Below are positions 1-10,500 of a DNA stretch of 64,000 nt, piece after piece. How positions within the stretch are numbered: the stretch's first letter is position 1; every line of letters starts with the position of its first letter. The notes beneath the pieces were generated by a model. The model was given only the letters and a program-made list of their open reading frames with translations. It had not been told where the DNA came from and made no database searches. Location of the stretch: the IMG/VR virus record IMGVR_UViG_2751185836_000001, one strand, 5' to 3'. Position numbers and translations under genes: made by a program. This stretch comes from a virus (Duplodnaviria > Heunggongvirae > Uroviricota > Caudoviricetes).

Positions 1-468
1 AAGGTGATGAGAAGATAAGAGAAGCCCTTGCAAAGCAGGAGAGGTCCTGCGGCGCAGGGGCTTATTAATAAAACATGTGGATGCGATGATGAGAATGATC
101 GCTTGACTCCATATATGGAAAGGTAGGGCCGGGACGGCCCGAACCAATACGCTTGCGGAGATCCGGGGAAAACTACTCCATGTGAGTGTGATAATAACCG
201 GGATCGTTGAAACAAGAAGCCACGACCTCTAAGCATTGCGTAGGGCGTGGTAGTTCACCAAGCAGAAGCATCCGCTACAAATAAATCCGCGTTTCGTAAA
301 TGGATGCAGGAGCATGTGGAAAAATAAAAACCAGGACGCACACATTGGTTGTCGGGTGTGCGATCCTGGAAAAAACGATGGGAGTTTACCTCCTAATTCC
401 GTATTTTATATTAAATAATGTTTCTTGTCAACTTTATGTTCGGAAACAAAATGGCCGGGAGAGGTAGT

Positions 469-663
469 TCATATCTTCCGGCCATTTTCATCCTGTATCT
501 CCATATTATCTAAAGCAAATTCCAGCGCCTCGTTGATCAACTGATTTCGTGAAATATTAGCTTTTCCGGCAATTGAGGTATATTGTTCCTGCAATACTTT
601 TTTGATCCGTATTGTCATATACACATATGCGTCATCATTTGCTTTAACGATGAATTTTTCCAT
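469..663 (-). CDS. ribbon-helix-helix (CopG/Arc-like) small DNA-binding protein, possible antitoxin/regulator
   Basis: 64-aa ORF with strong RBS (AAGGAGGA). The beta-strand plus two-helix pattern YMTIRIKKVL...SRNQLINEALEFAL is typical of RHH proteins. The longer 119-aa track ORF has an implausible N-terminal extension. Confidence 0.45.
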   Translation of the reverse strand: MEKFIVKANDDAYVYMTIRIKKVLQEQYTSIAGKANISRNQLINEALEFALDNMEIQDENGRKI

Positions 664-1001
664 ATAATTTATCCTCCTTAGATTTATTTTATAATTACAG
701 TAATCATAATTCAAAAACATATAGACTATTAAAATTAAATACGATAGTATATTATTTTTTAATTTGTCATTTAATTCTCTAACGATTAGTGATATGATAG
801 AATAAGCGAACATATCATGGATCAGCATATGCTTCTCCAGGCGGGATACAGGTGGCGGCTCATGTTCGTCTGAGAAAATTTGCTTGCAGCCTGTTGTGTT
901 ATCATTATCTCAGACGGGATGAAAATACGACAACCAAGGCAAGCCGCCCGTTCAGCGGAGGATCCGTTCGCGCTTGTCAATATAATTGGAGGGAACGAGT
1001 T

Positions 1002-4000
1002 ATGAAGAAACAGGCTATCAAAGCAACGACAGCCGTTGCCATGGCGGCAGTGGCGGCCTCTTCTGTAGCGGCCCCTGTGGCACAGGTTGTCCAGGCGGCG
1101 GATGAGGCAGCGAATTATGATGAGGCAAAAGCTAACCTGGAAAAAGCCCAGGCCGAGAACGCTAAAGCAGATCAAGCTGAGAAAGACGCGAAGGCGAAGT
1201 ATGACGCAGCAAAGAAAGAGGCGGATGATGCCATGCAGGCGGCGATCGATGCGGTAAACGCAAGCACGAATGCCGTTGACGAGGCAAAATCACAGTTTGA
1301 GAAAGCAAAATCGGATGCGGATCAGTTATTTGTAAATGCCGGCCTTCTGCAGGACGCGAGCCAGGAGAACCTTCTGGCGGCACAGGCTGCTGTAAAGGCT
1401 AAACAGGAGGCGTATGATAAAGCCGTGGCTGCTCTGGATGAGGCCACAGCGAAGCTGGAGCAGCTCCAGCAGGAGATAACAGTAAAAGAGGAAGATGTAA
1501 CAGCCAAGAAAGGCGAGCTTGACGCAGCCACCGCAGATCTGGCGGAGAAACAGAAGGCTGTTGACGATGCTCAGGCTAAGATTGATGAGTTAGAGGCGCT
1601 CCAGCAGACATCCACGGAGGAGTATGCCCAGGCGGAGCAGGCCCTGAAGGATGCCCAGGAGGCAAAAGAGACTGCCGAGAAGAACGTGATAACCACGCAG
1701 GCGGCTTATGACGAGGCCAAGCGTGTATATGACGAGGCGGTAGCCGCAGCGGCGGCAGGTTCCCCTGAGTACAATGCAGCATTACAGGCCGTGGAGAGCG
1801 CCCAGGCGGAACTGGACTCCGCAACAGCCACCGTTAATCAGAAAAAGCAGGTTCTTGATCAGGCGCAGATGAATGTTTCGATCGCTCAGAACGCTTATGA
1901 TACTGCCGAGGACATGGAGACACTTGCCCAGGCGGAAAAGGAACTGGCGGACATGGAAGTGGCAGCCGCCCAGGCCCAGGCGGACTATGACGCCGCCCTT
2001 GCCGTACAGAGCGAGAAGCAGGGGGCGTATGACACGGCTTATGGGACACTGCAGAGTGCCCAGGCAGTAAAGGATCAGAAAGATCAGGCCGTTGCGGATG
2101 CCAATGCGAAGCTGACAGAGGCGCAGAACAATTATACCGCGGCACAGCAGGCGGTAACGGATGCACAGACAGCGGCCGATACAGCAAAGCAGACAATGGA
2201 AACCGCCAATGCGACCTACGATCAGGCGGTAAAAGACACTGCTGCGGCCCTTGAGGCAAAGAATGATGCGGATGCTGCAGTGACAACGGCGCAGGAGAAC
2301 GTTAATGCCAAGCAGACAGTATATGACGCAGCGGTGAAGGCATATGAAGATGCCCAGAGTAAAGTTAGTACAGCGGCAGATCAGATTGCGAAAGGTTCCC
2401 TTGGCTTTTTTGAAGAGATGGGTTCACAGGACGCAATTAATGTTTTGAATGATGTCCGTGCCCAGGCTCATACAAATATTGGTGCAACAGGCGACGCTAC
2501 CTCGCTGGAGAACATGAAAGCTGCTCTGGAGCAGTTGAAGACATATTATGAAATCCTTGAAAGCGAGGAGCAATGGGATGCGATCGATGGGGCAAACCCT
2601 GTATATGTTTCCGACAGAATGATGGCGATTGCGCAGATACAATCCAATGAAAGTTCTTTTATATTAAATCATACGGGATGGTATCTTAACCAGGGCGTTG
2701 GAGAAAATCTTGCATTTACCAGTTCAAATAGAAACTACGACCCTTATGATGGATGGTATTACGATGAAAAAAATAATTTCATAACGGGGAATGGTGGGCA
2801 GACTGGTCATTATTTTAATATCATTGATAGGGGTACAACATCAACAGGGTTCGCTATCAATCAGTATGGTTCAACTTATGGCCACACATATGGTCAGGTT
2901 TTTGGCATTACGGGAATAGGTAGCAATCCAGAGGAAAATGGCTATTATACATTTGACGAGTATTATTCTAGGTTCATGGACTATTACAATAGTCTGACGA
3001 ACGCTCCTACAATTGCAGAGCAGGCTAAAGCGGCTATGGACGCTGCCAAAGGTGAGCTTGACGCTGCCAAGGAAGACCTCACAAAAGCGGAGCAGGCAGC
3101 ACAGGCCGCAGCTCAGACTTATACAGATAAGCAGGCGGCTGAGTCAACCGCGCAGAAGAACGCGCAGCAGGCCGCTTCTGATTATCAGGCCGCTCTTGGC
3201 ACTTTAGAGGAGAAGAACGGGGCTCTCGCGACAGCTCAGACAGCTGTTGATAATGCTGAAAGCGCTGTGTCCGACGCCCAGGGAGAGGCATCCGCGGCTC
3301 AGACTGACGTGGACAACGCCCAGAAGGCTGTTGATGACGCCCAGGCTGACCTCGATGACGCCAAGGAAGATGCCGACGCTAAGAAAGCGGATGCTGACGG
3401 CAAGGTGAAAGCCTTTGAGGATAAGCTCGAAGAGCTTGAATTTGCCGGGCTTCGGATCTATCAGCAGGGCCACAAGGTAGGAACTGTTTCTGAGGCACAG
3501 GGTCGGCAGACACAGGCCGGGACCAATCTCACCAACGCACAGGCTGACAAGGCAGAGAAATCCGATGCCCTGGATGCCGCCAAAGAGGCAATGACAGGAC
3601 CGCAGACAGAGTATGACGAGGCATTAGAAGTCGAGGCGGAGAAGCAGGCTGCTCTGGAAGCTGCTGAGAATAGAAGAGATGAAATCGAGGATGCGATCGC
3701 GGCAGATATCGCAGAGAAGCGTGCTGACATGGAAAGCAAGGAAGCAGCACTTAACGATGCCAAGAATGCTCTAACAAACGCAACAGGGGATGTGACAAGC
3801 GCTGAAGCCACCCTGACTCAGGCTGACAACAAGCTCACGGAAGTAAACAGACAGCTTGCGGATGCTCAGACAGTATATAACGATGCGGCAGATGCCAGAG
3901 ACGACTCACAGGATACAGTGAATACTCTTCAGGACGAGTATGATGACCTGGTAGAGGCGATCACTCCGCTCAGGGAGGCTCAGGCTGCCGAGAGGGAGGC

Positions 4001-4559
4001 TTCTGACGCTAAGGATACAGCGGCAACAGAACTCGGCAACGCAGAGGCAGATGAACTCCAGGCGCAGGCGGATCTTGAAGCAGCAATCAAGGCATATGAG
4101 GAAGCAAAAGACCTCAAAGACCGTGCAGCTCTCCTTTCCTATGAGGATGCACTGGAGAACCCGGTTACAGATCCCGATTTTGCATATCTGAACGATTACA
4201 TCAATGCCATTGCTGATGCAGATGCTGCTGTTGTTGAAGCACAGAAACTGGCTGAAGAGAAATCAGCAGCCCTGGCTGATGCGGAGAAAGTATACGAAGA
4301 TGCAAAAGCAGCGCATAAGATCACACTGGCCAACCTTGCGGCTGCACAGGCAGACTATGACAGATTTGCCCAGGAAGAAGCTGACAGGCAGGCGGCAGAG
4401 AATGCCAAAGCGACTGCCGTTACACTGGATGCAACTGCTACGAAAGCAGCCCGGACAGGCGATAACGCGCCGATCATTGGCTATGTGGCTGCCGGAACTC
4501 TGGCACTTGCTGCAGTTGCAGTAGCCAGACCAAAAGTTCGGTACAGAAAACAGAAATAA
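1002..4559 (+). CDS. large cell-surface protein: signal peptide, Ala-rich coiled-coil repeats, central Gly/Tyr/Asn-rich domain, C-terminal hydrophobic anchor plus basic tail (no LPXTG)
   Basis: ATG at 1002 preceded by GGAGGG. N-terminus MKKQAIKATTAVAMAAVAASSVAAPVAQVVQAADEA is a signal peptide. Hundreds of residues follow an A/E/K/D/Q heptad-like composition. C-terminus GYVAAGTLALAAVAVARPKVRYRKQK is a TM anchor. The track ORF start at 852 is upstream of the SD. Confidence 0.8.
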   Translation: MKKQAIKATTAVAMAAVAASSVAAPVAQVVQAADEAANYDEAKANLEKAQAENAKADQAEKDAKAKYDAAKKEADDAMQAAIDAVNASTNAVDEAKSQFEKAKSDADQLFVNAGLLQDASQENLLAAQAAVKAKQEAYDKAVAALDEATAKLEQLQQEITVKEEDVTAKKGELDAATADLAEKQKAVDDAQAKIDELEALQQTSTEEYAQAEQALKDAQEAKETAEKNVITTQAAYDEAKRVYDEAVAAAAAGSPEYNAALQAVESAQAELDSATATVNQKKQVLDQAQMNVSIAQNAYDTAEDMETLAQAEKELADMEVAAAQAQADYDAALAVQSEKQGAYDTAYGTLQSAQAVKDQKDQAVADANAKLTEAQNNYTAAQQAVTDAQTAADTAKQTMETANATYDQAVKDTAAALEAKNDADAAVTTAQENVNAKQTVYDAAVKAYEDAQSKVSTAADQIAKGSLGFFEEMGSQDAINVLNDVRAQAHTNIGATGDATSLENMKAALEQLKTYYEILESEEQWDAIDGANPVYVSDRMMAIAQIQSNESSFILNHTGWYLNQGVGENLAFTSSNRNYDPYDGWYYDEKNNFITGNGGQTGHYFNIIDRGTTSTGFAINQYGSTYGHTYGQVFGITGIGSNPEENGYYTFDEYYSRFMDYYNSLTNAPTIAEQAKAAMDAAKGELDAAKEDLTKAEQAAQAAAQTYTDKQAAESTAQKNAQQAASDYQAALGTLEEKNGALATAQTAVDNAESAVSDAQGEASAAQTDVDNAQKAVDDAQADLDDAKEDADAKKADADGKVKAFEDKLEELEFAGLRIYQQGHKVGTVSEAQGRQTQAGTNLTNAQADKAEKSDALDAAKEAMTGPQTEYDEALEVEAEKQAALEAAENRRDEIEDAIAADIAEKRADMESKEAALNDAKNALTNATGDVTSAEATLTQADNKLTEVNRQLADAQTVYNDAADARDDSQDTVNTLQDEYDDLVEAITPLREAQAAEREASDAKDTAATELGNAEADELQAQADLEAAIKAYEEAKDLKDRAALLSYEDALENPVTDPDFAYLNDYINAIADADAAVVEAQKLAEEKSAALADAEKVYEDAKAAHKITLANLAAAQADYDRFAQEEADRQAAENAKATAVTLDATATKAARTGDNAPIIGYVAAGTLALAAVAVARPKVRYRKQK

Positions 4560-4671
4560 GATATGAACTAAAAGATCCCCCGGCATTGACACTACCGGGG
4601 GATTTATGATGTATTTATAAATGTCGATGGATAGTATAATAAATGATGATTAACCGCTTACAAAATGGCCA

Positions 4672-5085
4672 TTACTTTGAAATGTTTATATACAATTCTT
4701 TTTCTGATATTTTTTGATATTCAGCAATACTTCCATCGGATAGAAGCATTACATTTGAGTGGGTATTGAGCAAATATTCCACAGGTTTATTTACTCTTTC
4801 TAAAGTGTATATATTATCTGATATGCTTTTCCATCTGCCTTCTGCAATTACAGAAAATTGATTATATTGTATATAATTGCCATTTTCCTTAAGTACAATA
4901 TACTTTCTAATCGAGTGTTCATTTTCCTCTTTAATACTATATGTACCTTCTATTCGTTGGTTTTTATCGGCTTTATAAATTGTATTTATTACTAAAATAC
5001 AATTTATAGCGATAGAGATAAGCAATATGTAAAAGAGGTACTTTTTACCTAGAGCTTTCAAATTAAGCATTAAACCCTTCATCAA
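4672..5085 (-). CDS. hypothetical membrane-anchored protein
   Basis: 137-aa ORF with an N-terminal hydrophobic segment (LFYILLISIAINCILVI). Low GC and AT-rich codons, as in neighbouring genes. Confidence 0.45.
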   Translation of the reverse strand: MMKGLMLNLKALGKKYLFYILLISIAINCILVINTIYKADKNQRIEGTYSIKEENEHSIRKYIVLKENGNYIQYNQFSVIAEGRWKSISDNIYTLERVNKPVEYLLNTHSNVMLLSDGSIAEYQKISEKELYINISK

Positions 5086-5370
5086 TTGATCAAATATCTA
5101 ATTCCATTTAAAAATAACTATTCTGAGTAGAATAATGGTCTATTTTGCCATTGGACCCACCTCCTTTATAAGAATATATTACCGGATATAATTTTTATCC
5201 AAAAGCAAACGACATGTTACATGGGGGAAACATATAATTGCGAAACGATATTGTTTCTACAAAAAAATGATATTTTGTGGTCTTACTGTAAATGATGTAA
5301 TTCCATTGACAATTGATATTCAATAATATACGATTTTATTAAGTTTCTTATTGTACGAGGGGGATGTAAT

Positions 5371-5904
5371 ATGAAACTGGGAAAGAATTTTAAATATTAC
5401 AGAGAGTTAAACGGATACTCTCAAGAAGATGTTGCCCAAAAGTTAAATATTTCACGGCAAGCTATTTCGCGCTGGGAAAATGATTGGAATATTCCTGATA
5501 TTGAAAATCTTAAGGAACTTTCCAGATTATATAATGTTAGTTTAGACGAATTATTAAATGAATATTCACCTGCCAATGAAACTGACAAAAATAATAATAA
5601 AAATAGTGAGAACAACATTGACTCAAATGAAAAAACACATCAGAAAATAATCAATACGCAAACAATCTTGATATTATCGATTTTGATTATGGGATGTTTT
5701 CTCAATATTTTTGGGATTATAATATCTTGTTTTATACTATATTATCTAAGAAAAGAGGAAAACAAATCAATAGCAATCTACATATGTTGTATGATTGCAC
5801 TCTGTATAAGTATTTGGAATACTTGGTGCTTTATAAATACTTTTTTTCTTGGATATGGAACTGCCACATTTGAAAAAGTGGCAAATATGATTTCCAACAT
5901 GTAA
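5371..5904 (+). CDS. XRE-family HTH transcriptional regulator with C-terminal transmembrane segments
   Basis: N-terminus YSQEDVAQKLNISRQAISRWENDWNIPDIENLKELSRLYNVSLDELL is a canonical Cro/C1-type HTH. The C-terminal 70 aa are hydrophobic. RBS GAGGGGGA. Confidence 0.75.
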   Translation: MKLGKNFKYYRELNGYSQEDVAQKLNISRQAISRWENDWNIPDIENLKELSRLYNVSLDELLNEYSPANETDKNNNKNSENNIDSNEKTHQKIINTQTILILSILIMGCFLNIFGIIISCFILYYLRKEENKSIAIYICCMIALCISIWNTWCFINTFFLGYGTATFEKVANMISNM

Positions 5905-5964
5905 TATTAATAAATATGCCTCCACATTATGCGGAGGCATCATAATAATATAATTATCTGGGGA

Positions 5965-6438
5965 CTATATCATTTTTATGCTCATTTTAGTTCCTTGAAT
6001 AGTGGAACGAACACCAGTTGATTTGCCCACAACACCAGCATAATAAGTCAAATACAGACTAGCCTGTTTGTTACTTTCCACCTTTAATCTCCCTATATCA
6101 ATCTTTCCTATAAAGGGAGTAGCATACGGGGAATATGCCGATATTATATTGTTTCCATTGATTTTGACTTTATATCCTGCCGTCCAGCAACCAGTAGATG
6201 TATATTTCACATTATACACTCCATTCGCCACTCGCGAAATGGGAGACTCTTCAGAAATAGTAACAATTCCCATGTTACCATCAGGTTCTTCGACATAAAA
6301 TGTCTGTTGCCCACCAATACTGAGATCGTAATATTCTACCTTGTATGGTTCTGATTGTTCTGCTGCAAAACATGTGCTTCCTAAAGATAAGATAAAACTA
6401 AATAGTAATGTAATTATTATTGATTTACTTGCTTTCAT
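5965..6438 (-). CDS. secreted hypothetical protein (signal peptide)
   Basis: MKASKSIIITLLFSFILSLGSTCFAAEQ gives a cleavable signal peptide. RBS GAGGAGGAT upstream on the minus strand. Confidence 0.55.
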   Translation of the reverse strand: MKASKSIIITLLFSFILSLGSTCFAAEQSEPYKVEYYDLSIGGQQTFYVEEPDGNMGIVTISEESPISRVANGVYNVKYTSTGCWTAGYKVKINGNNIISAYSPYATPFIGKIDIGRLKVESNKQASLYLTYYAGVVGKSTGVRSTIQGTKMSIKMI

Positions 6439-6798
6439 ATATCATCCTCCTCATTAGCATTTATCTGTATTATATAATTAGAATAATTAATGAATAAGTA
6501 ATAGGAACTTAACAAAGAGTAAGAAAAGATTACTGTGGTGATAATTGACTAATTTAGAATTCTATAGGATTAATCTATTGTTGAGAAAAAGCAGATTGCA
6601 AATGCCATAATATTCAAAGAAAACACCTCCACAGAATGCAACTATGCCTGCGGGGGGGGCTGTCACCGATAAAGTATATCCCAAGAGATAATATACTTTA
6701 TGCAGAAAGGGGTTTGGTGACCTTTTATAGTGTACCACATCCATTATTATTTTTATAGCCTGTTCTTCTTAAAGCGGAACCTGGTTCCGTTTATGCAA

Positions 6799-6905
6799 AA
6801 ATATAGACGCATTACCGCCGCACGCTCGTGACAATTGTGAGCATATGGCTACAACGCATGTTATGACATGATTGCAGTCACGGAAAACCAAGTGAAAGGA
6901 GTCGT
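6799..6905 (+). mobile_element. solo left-end fragment of IS200/IS605-family element A (TnpB-only IS)
   Basis: GCATTACCGCCGCACGCTCGTGAC followed by AATTGTGAGCATATGGCTACAACGCATGTTATGACATGATTGCAGTCACGGAAAACCAAGTGAAAGGAGTCGTCTAT matches the LE at 41141..41208 and 59084..59151. Similarity ends at the tnpB start codon position. Confidence 0.5.
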
Positions 6906-7760
6906 CTATCACATATGGATGTATCCTCACAGAGAGTACATATATTCTTTTAACCCCGGACGCAAAGGCTTCCGGGGGTTTTTATATGCGAGAAAACAAG
7001 AGATGAAGCTATCAATGTATAATATAACCATACCTAAGAGGCCATATATCTGCTATAATGAGGTGAGTATAATATATTAAGAAGAAAAGGAAATGTATAA
7101 AATGCATACGATCAACCATTATACCCTCAATACCGGAAATCTGCGTGTATCCTATCCGGAAGAGGTAAATAAGGATTTATTTTTTTTCCTTAAGAAGTAT
7201 ATCAATAGGGCTAAAAGAGGAAAGACACAACTGTTAGACGGAACATATGCACATCTTCCAGGTGGGAGACGATAAGCTCGTATTTACAGAGAGAAATGTG
7301 TTCGATTTTGTGTCGTCATTAATCCGGCTTACCAGGTAGCGGAAGACGTGGAAGCTGGTGGCATCGCCCTGGAAATAGATGGTGTTCTGCAATGGCATAC
7401 ATTCGGGAAAGATATGGGATGGATACCTGTCAGACCCCTCACGGAAAACGAAAAGATCTGCCATGAGATCATTGCAAAATACGGCAAATACGCCGGATGG
7501 AATACAAGAATGTAAAACTAATAGTCCCTGGAGGCAAACGCTTCCAGGGATTTATCTTTTACTTAGATAGTAAACATACACGTCCATGATATTCTTACCG
7601 CCATGGCCGGTGAACTTTCTGTTAGTTCTATTATACCCTCTTACAAAATTAATCGCAACTCTCAGATGGGAAAACGCATGGTCACGTGAGAAAATAAGGC
7701 TTCTCCCATATTCTGTATAATAGTAGTAAAGAGTAAACTGCGGTATGGGAGGAGTCTATC

Positions 7761-7997
7761 GTGAACAGGAAAAAGGATTATCGTGATCTGAAAAGGCACA
7801 GAGAGACCTGCCGTAAGCAGCATAAGAGGTACTACGGCAAGACCGCTTTTCTGTATGAAGGACGGGAGTGGACTTCAGCTGAAGACGACATGGTCGTGGC
7901 GCATACAGTCCCGGATACCGTCCTATCGGAACAGATCCAGCGGTCCGTGGGGGCGATACAGAGGCGGAGATGGTTCTTAAAAAAAATTCGGAGGTAA
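7761..7997 (+). CDS. hypothetical small basic protein
   Basis: GTG start with GGGAGGAG RBS. 78 aa, Arg/Lys-rich. No recognisable domain. Confidence 0.3.
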   Translation: MNRKKDYRDLKRHRETCRKQHKRYYGKTAFLYEGREWTSAEDDMVVAHTVPDTVLSEQIQRSVGAIQRRRWFLKKIRR

Positions 7998-8047
7998 ATT
8001 TTGATACTGAGCCGTCGCACACTCGTGACTTTAGTCGTGAGTAAGAA

Positions 8048-8584
8048 ATGCCCCGCTTATGGACACGGGCGAACGGCATCAATGACGATATCGCGGTCAA
8101 AACAGCAAGGTTTATCATTGAGGTGGCCGTCCTTTATAACGCGGATGTGATCGTGTTCGAGCATCTGGATCTGAAGGGGCGGAAACGAGGCTCTAAAAAA
8201 CAGCGGCTCCACTTATGGAAGGCCCGCCGTGTCCAGTCCATTGTAACGGACCAAGCCAATCGCCTTGGTATGCGCGTCAGCCATGTCAACGCCTGGAACA
8301 CCAGCCGCCTTGCCTTCGATGGCAGCGGACGCGTCCTCCGGGGCCGGCAGTCTGAAAAGACGGGTGGCTCCTACAGCGTATGCGAGTTCCAGAACGGAAA
8401 GGTCTATAACTGCGACCTGAACGCCACCTATAACATAGGGGCGAGATACTTTATCCGGACACTCTTAAAATCCTTGCCGGCAACGGAGAGGTTGGCCGTG
8501 GAGGCAAAAGTTCCTTCATGCGCTAAGAGAAGCACCTGCACCTTATCCACCCTCGTTAGCCTGTACGCGGTCCTGGCGGCTTAA
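8048..8584 (+). pseudogene. tnpB: TnpB C-terminal fragment (RuvC-II/III region) of IS element A
   Basis: 178-aa ORF about 97% identical to residues 264-441 of the 441-aa TnpB at 41209..42534. It lacks the N-terminal two thirds. Confidence 0.6.
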
Positions 8585-8702
8585 CAGCTGTCAGATGGCT
8601 GAGTTCAGGCCCTATGGTGGAAAGACTGTCCGATCCCCCTAAAGGGGAACCGCCGCCAGGCGGCACTAGGAAGCACGTGAATTTATTCATGTGAGGCTTC
8701 AC
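8585..8702 (+). ncRNA. predicted omega-RNA (reRNA) scaffold region of IS element A
   Basis: Conserved about 118 nt downstream of the tnpB stop in all three A copies. It contains the hairpins GGGGAACCGCCGCCAGGCGGCA and GTGAATTTATTCATGTGAGGCTTCAC. Sequence diverges exactly after ...GGCTTCAC. Confidence 0.35.
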
Positions 8703-8763
8703 GAGAGAATACAGTAAACCAGAAGCAACCTTTATTGATCTTGGCGCTCTTGGGGATAAGAAG

Positions 8764-8976
8764 ATGCAGGTCATAAGATACATCCTGGAGCATGTTAATG
8801 AGGAAACACGATTGCTTTTTATCACCAACAAAGAGCTGGCCGAAAAAGCGGGGGTCAGCACTGTAACTGTGAGCAAGACTCTCAAGATGCTGCAGGAAAA
8901 AGGGCTGGTCGAGAGAAAACCCGGGGTGATCAAGCTCACGCTACGAGGAGAGGAGGCGGATCATGGCGGAGAGTAA
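8764..8976 (+). CDS. small winged-helix/HTH DNA-binding protein
   Basis: 70 aa. NKELAEKAGVSTVTVSKTLKMLQEKGLV is an HTH plus wing pattern. It overlaps the start of the downstream HNH gene (operon-like). Confidence 0.5.
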   Translation: MQVIRYILEHVNEETRLLFITNKELAEKAGVSTVTVSKTLKMLQEKGLVERKPGVIKLTLRGEEADHGGE

Positions 8977-9325
8977 AAGGAAACGCTTATCAAAAGCGGA
9001 CCGGGAAGCTATTCATGCCATGTATGCCGGCCACTGCGCTTACTGTGGCGAGAAACTTCGGCTGGAGGACATGCAGGTAGACCATATGCAGCCATTACGG
9101 AAAGGTGGAGCAGACGAACTCTCTAACATGGTCCCCGCCTGCAGGAGCTGCAACCACTACAAATCGACGCTTACTGTGGATCAATTCCGAGAGTATCTGT
9201 CCCGGATACATAGCAGGCTTTTGAGGGACAGCGTAGCTTACAGGGTGGCCGAGCGTTTCGGGATTGTGAAGTATCATCCGGATCCGATCGTGTTTTATTT
9301 CGAGAAAGGAGGCAAACGTGGATAA
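8963..9325 (+). CDS. HNH endonuclease
   Basis: Motif CAYCGEKL...DHMQPLRKGGADELSNMVPACRSCNHYK (Cys4 zinc, His-Asn-His). Confidence 0.75.
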   Translation: MAESKRKRLSKADREAIHAMYAGHCAYCGEKLRLEDMQVDHMQPLRKGGADELSNMVPACRSCNHYKSTLTVDQFREYLSRIHSRLLRDSVAYRVAERFGIVKYHPDPIVFYFEKGGKRG

Positions 9326-10073
9326 TCTAAACTGCGTGAATATCATACTTAAGGGGCTCAGCATGGTGACAGGGGTCTGGGTAAAGGGGGATCTGCTGCG
9401 TGAATTCGATGCAAACGGAAAACTCCACTATTTTATCCACCAGGCGTGGAGTCCCGCGGTCACCACAAAGCATGAGATTGACCCAAATACAATCTGCAGA
9501 TGGACCGGCTTTACCAATTTCAAAAAAGAAGATATTTGGGAATATGACATCCTGGAGTATGTAGGGCCAGCGAAAAGCGACAAAAAGCTTCGGGGCCTGG
9601 TCTATATGCGGAACGGACAGTGGGTCTGCAGGATTGGAGATCAGGAGCCTATGGAGCTTGCCGAGTGCATGGAAGATATGATAAGGGTCGGTACGTATTT
9701 CGACAAAGGGAAAGGAAACAACTCCGATGACCTGTCAAAAGAAGAAAGTCCAGCGGATGTCGGCGAGCGTGAGCCAGGCAGTAGCCTCTTGGACATGATC
9801 AGCCGCAAGACGGTTTTGGCTGCTCTGGAGGTTTTTAGTGACGCGGAGCACGGGCACTCGCAATTCCTGGAAGGTGTACAGGCGGCCCGGAACCTGCTTA
9901 AGAAAATGCCGGCTTTCATTCCCCGAAAGATCATCTTAGGAGATCTGGCAGCGTTTTGTACAAACTGTAGGTGCTATGGAGTCCCGATCAACAGATTAGA
10001 TCCAGATGCCGGCATTGCTGCCCATGTTGGAATAATTAAGAAAATAGTGTTTATTTGGTGTAAGTGGAACTAA
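9318..10073 (+). CDS. hypothetical protein (phage-like)
   Basis: 251-aa ORF overlapping the HNH stop. No confident domain assignment. Confidence 0.45.
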   Translation: MDNLNCVNIILKGLSMVTGVWVKGDLLREFDANGKLHYFIHQAWSPAVTTKHEIDPNTICRWTGFTNFKKEDIWEYDILEYVGPAKSDKKLRGLVYMRNGQWVCRIGDQEPMELAECMEDMIRVGTYFDKGKGNNSDDLSKEESPADVGEREPGSSLLDMISRKTVLAALEVFSDAEHGHSQFLEGVQAARNLLKKMPAFIPRKIILGDLAAFCTNCRCYGVPINRLDPDAGIAAHVGIIKKIVFIWCKWN

Positions 10074-10150
10074 GTTCCACTTTTTTTCAATAACATACCG
10101 CTTGACAATACAATCTAAAAGTTGTAAATTTGATTTAGAGGAGAAAAGAT

Positions 10151-10489
10151 ATGAATATTCACACGTATACTTCTTCTTCTGGCAGAGATTTGATCATGGA
10201 GTATATCGATGGCCTTCCAGAAGATGAGAAAATCGATGGATTGTCAGTTTTAGGATGTCTTCAAAAGGGAGAGTTCGAAAAAATATTTTTTAAAAGATGG
10301 GAAAAGAAAATATATGAGGTATATTTTCGGAAACACAATAGAATATTCTATATAACAGTGGATCAAGATAATATTTATTTGCTGCACGCATGTCGTAAAC
10401 AGAAGAACAGCACAGAAAAAAGAGATAAAAAGCTTGTTATCAAGCGTGCCAAAGAGTTGGAAAAAGCTTTTGGAAAGAGATTTGTTTAG
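10151..10489 (+). CDS. type II toxin, RelE/ParE-superfamily (HigB/Gp49-like) candidate
   Basis: 112-aa basic protein immediately upstream of a small XRE-HTH protein. Toxin-first order is typical of HigBA. RBS GGAGGAGAAAAG. Confidence 0.5.
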   Translation: MNIHTYTSSSGRDLIMEYIDGLPEDEKIDGLSVLGCLQKGEFEKIFFKRWEKKIYEVYFRKHNRIFYITVDQDNIYLLHACRKQKNSTEKRDKKLVIKRAKELEKAFGKRFV

Positions 10490-10500
10490 GAGGTTATGTT

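Larger units (their letters stand above)
8011..8702 (+). mobile_element. 5'-truncated/internally deleted copy of IS element A (LE hairpin motif fused to 3' half of tnpB plus RE)
   Basis: GCCGTCGCACACTCGTGACTTTAGTCGTGAGTAAG (diverged LE hairpin) joins directly to tnpB internal sequence AAATGCCCCGCTTATGG (compare 41995). The 3' 118 bp are identical in architecture to 42535..42652 and end GTGAGGCTTCAC. Confidence 0.55.

Noticed and set aside
852-1001. Track start of the surface-protein ORF at 852
   Set aside because: No RBS at 852. A GGAGGG at 988..993 precedes the ATG at 1002, which begins a canonical signal peptide.
1162-3811. Multiple antisense/alternative-frame ORFs inside the surface-protein gene (e.g. 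1834..2286 -, 3461..3811 -)
   Set aside because: Proline/Ser/Ala-rich translations with no RBS. They are an artefact of a GC-rich, Ala-codon-rich sense strand.
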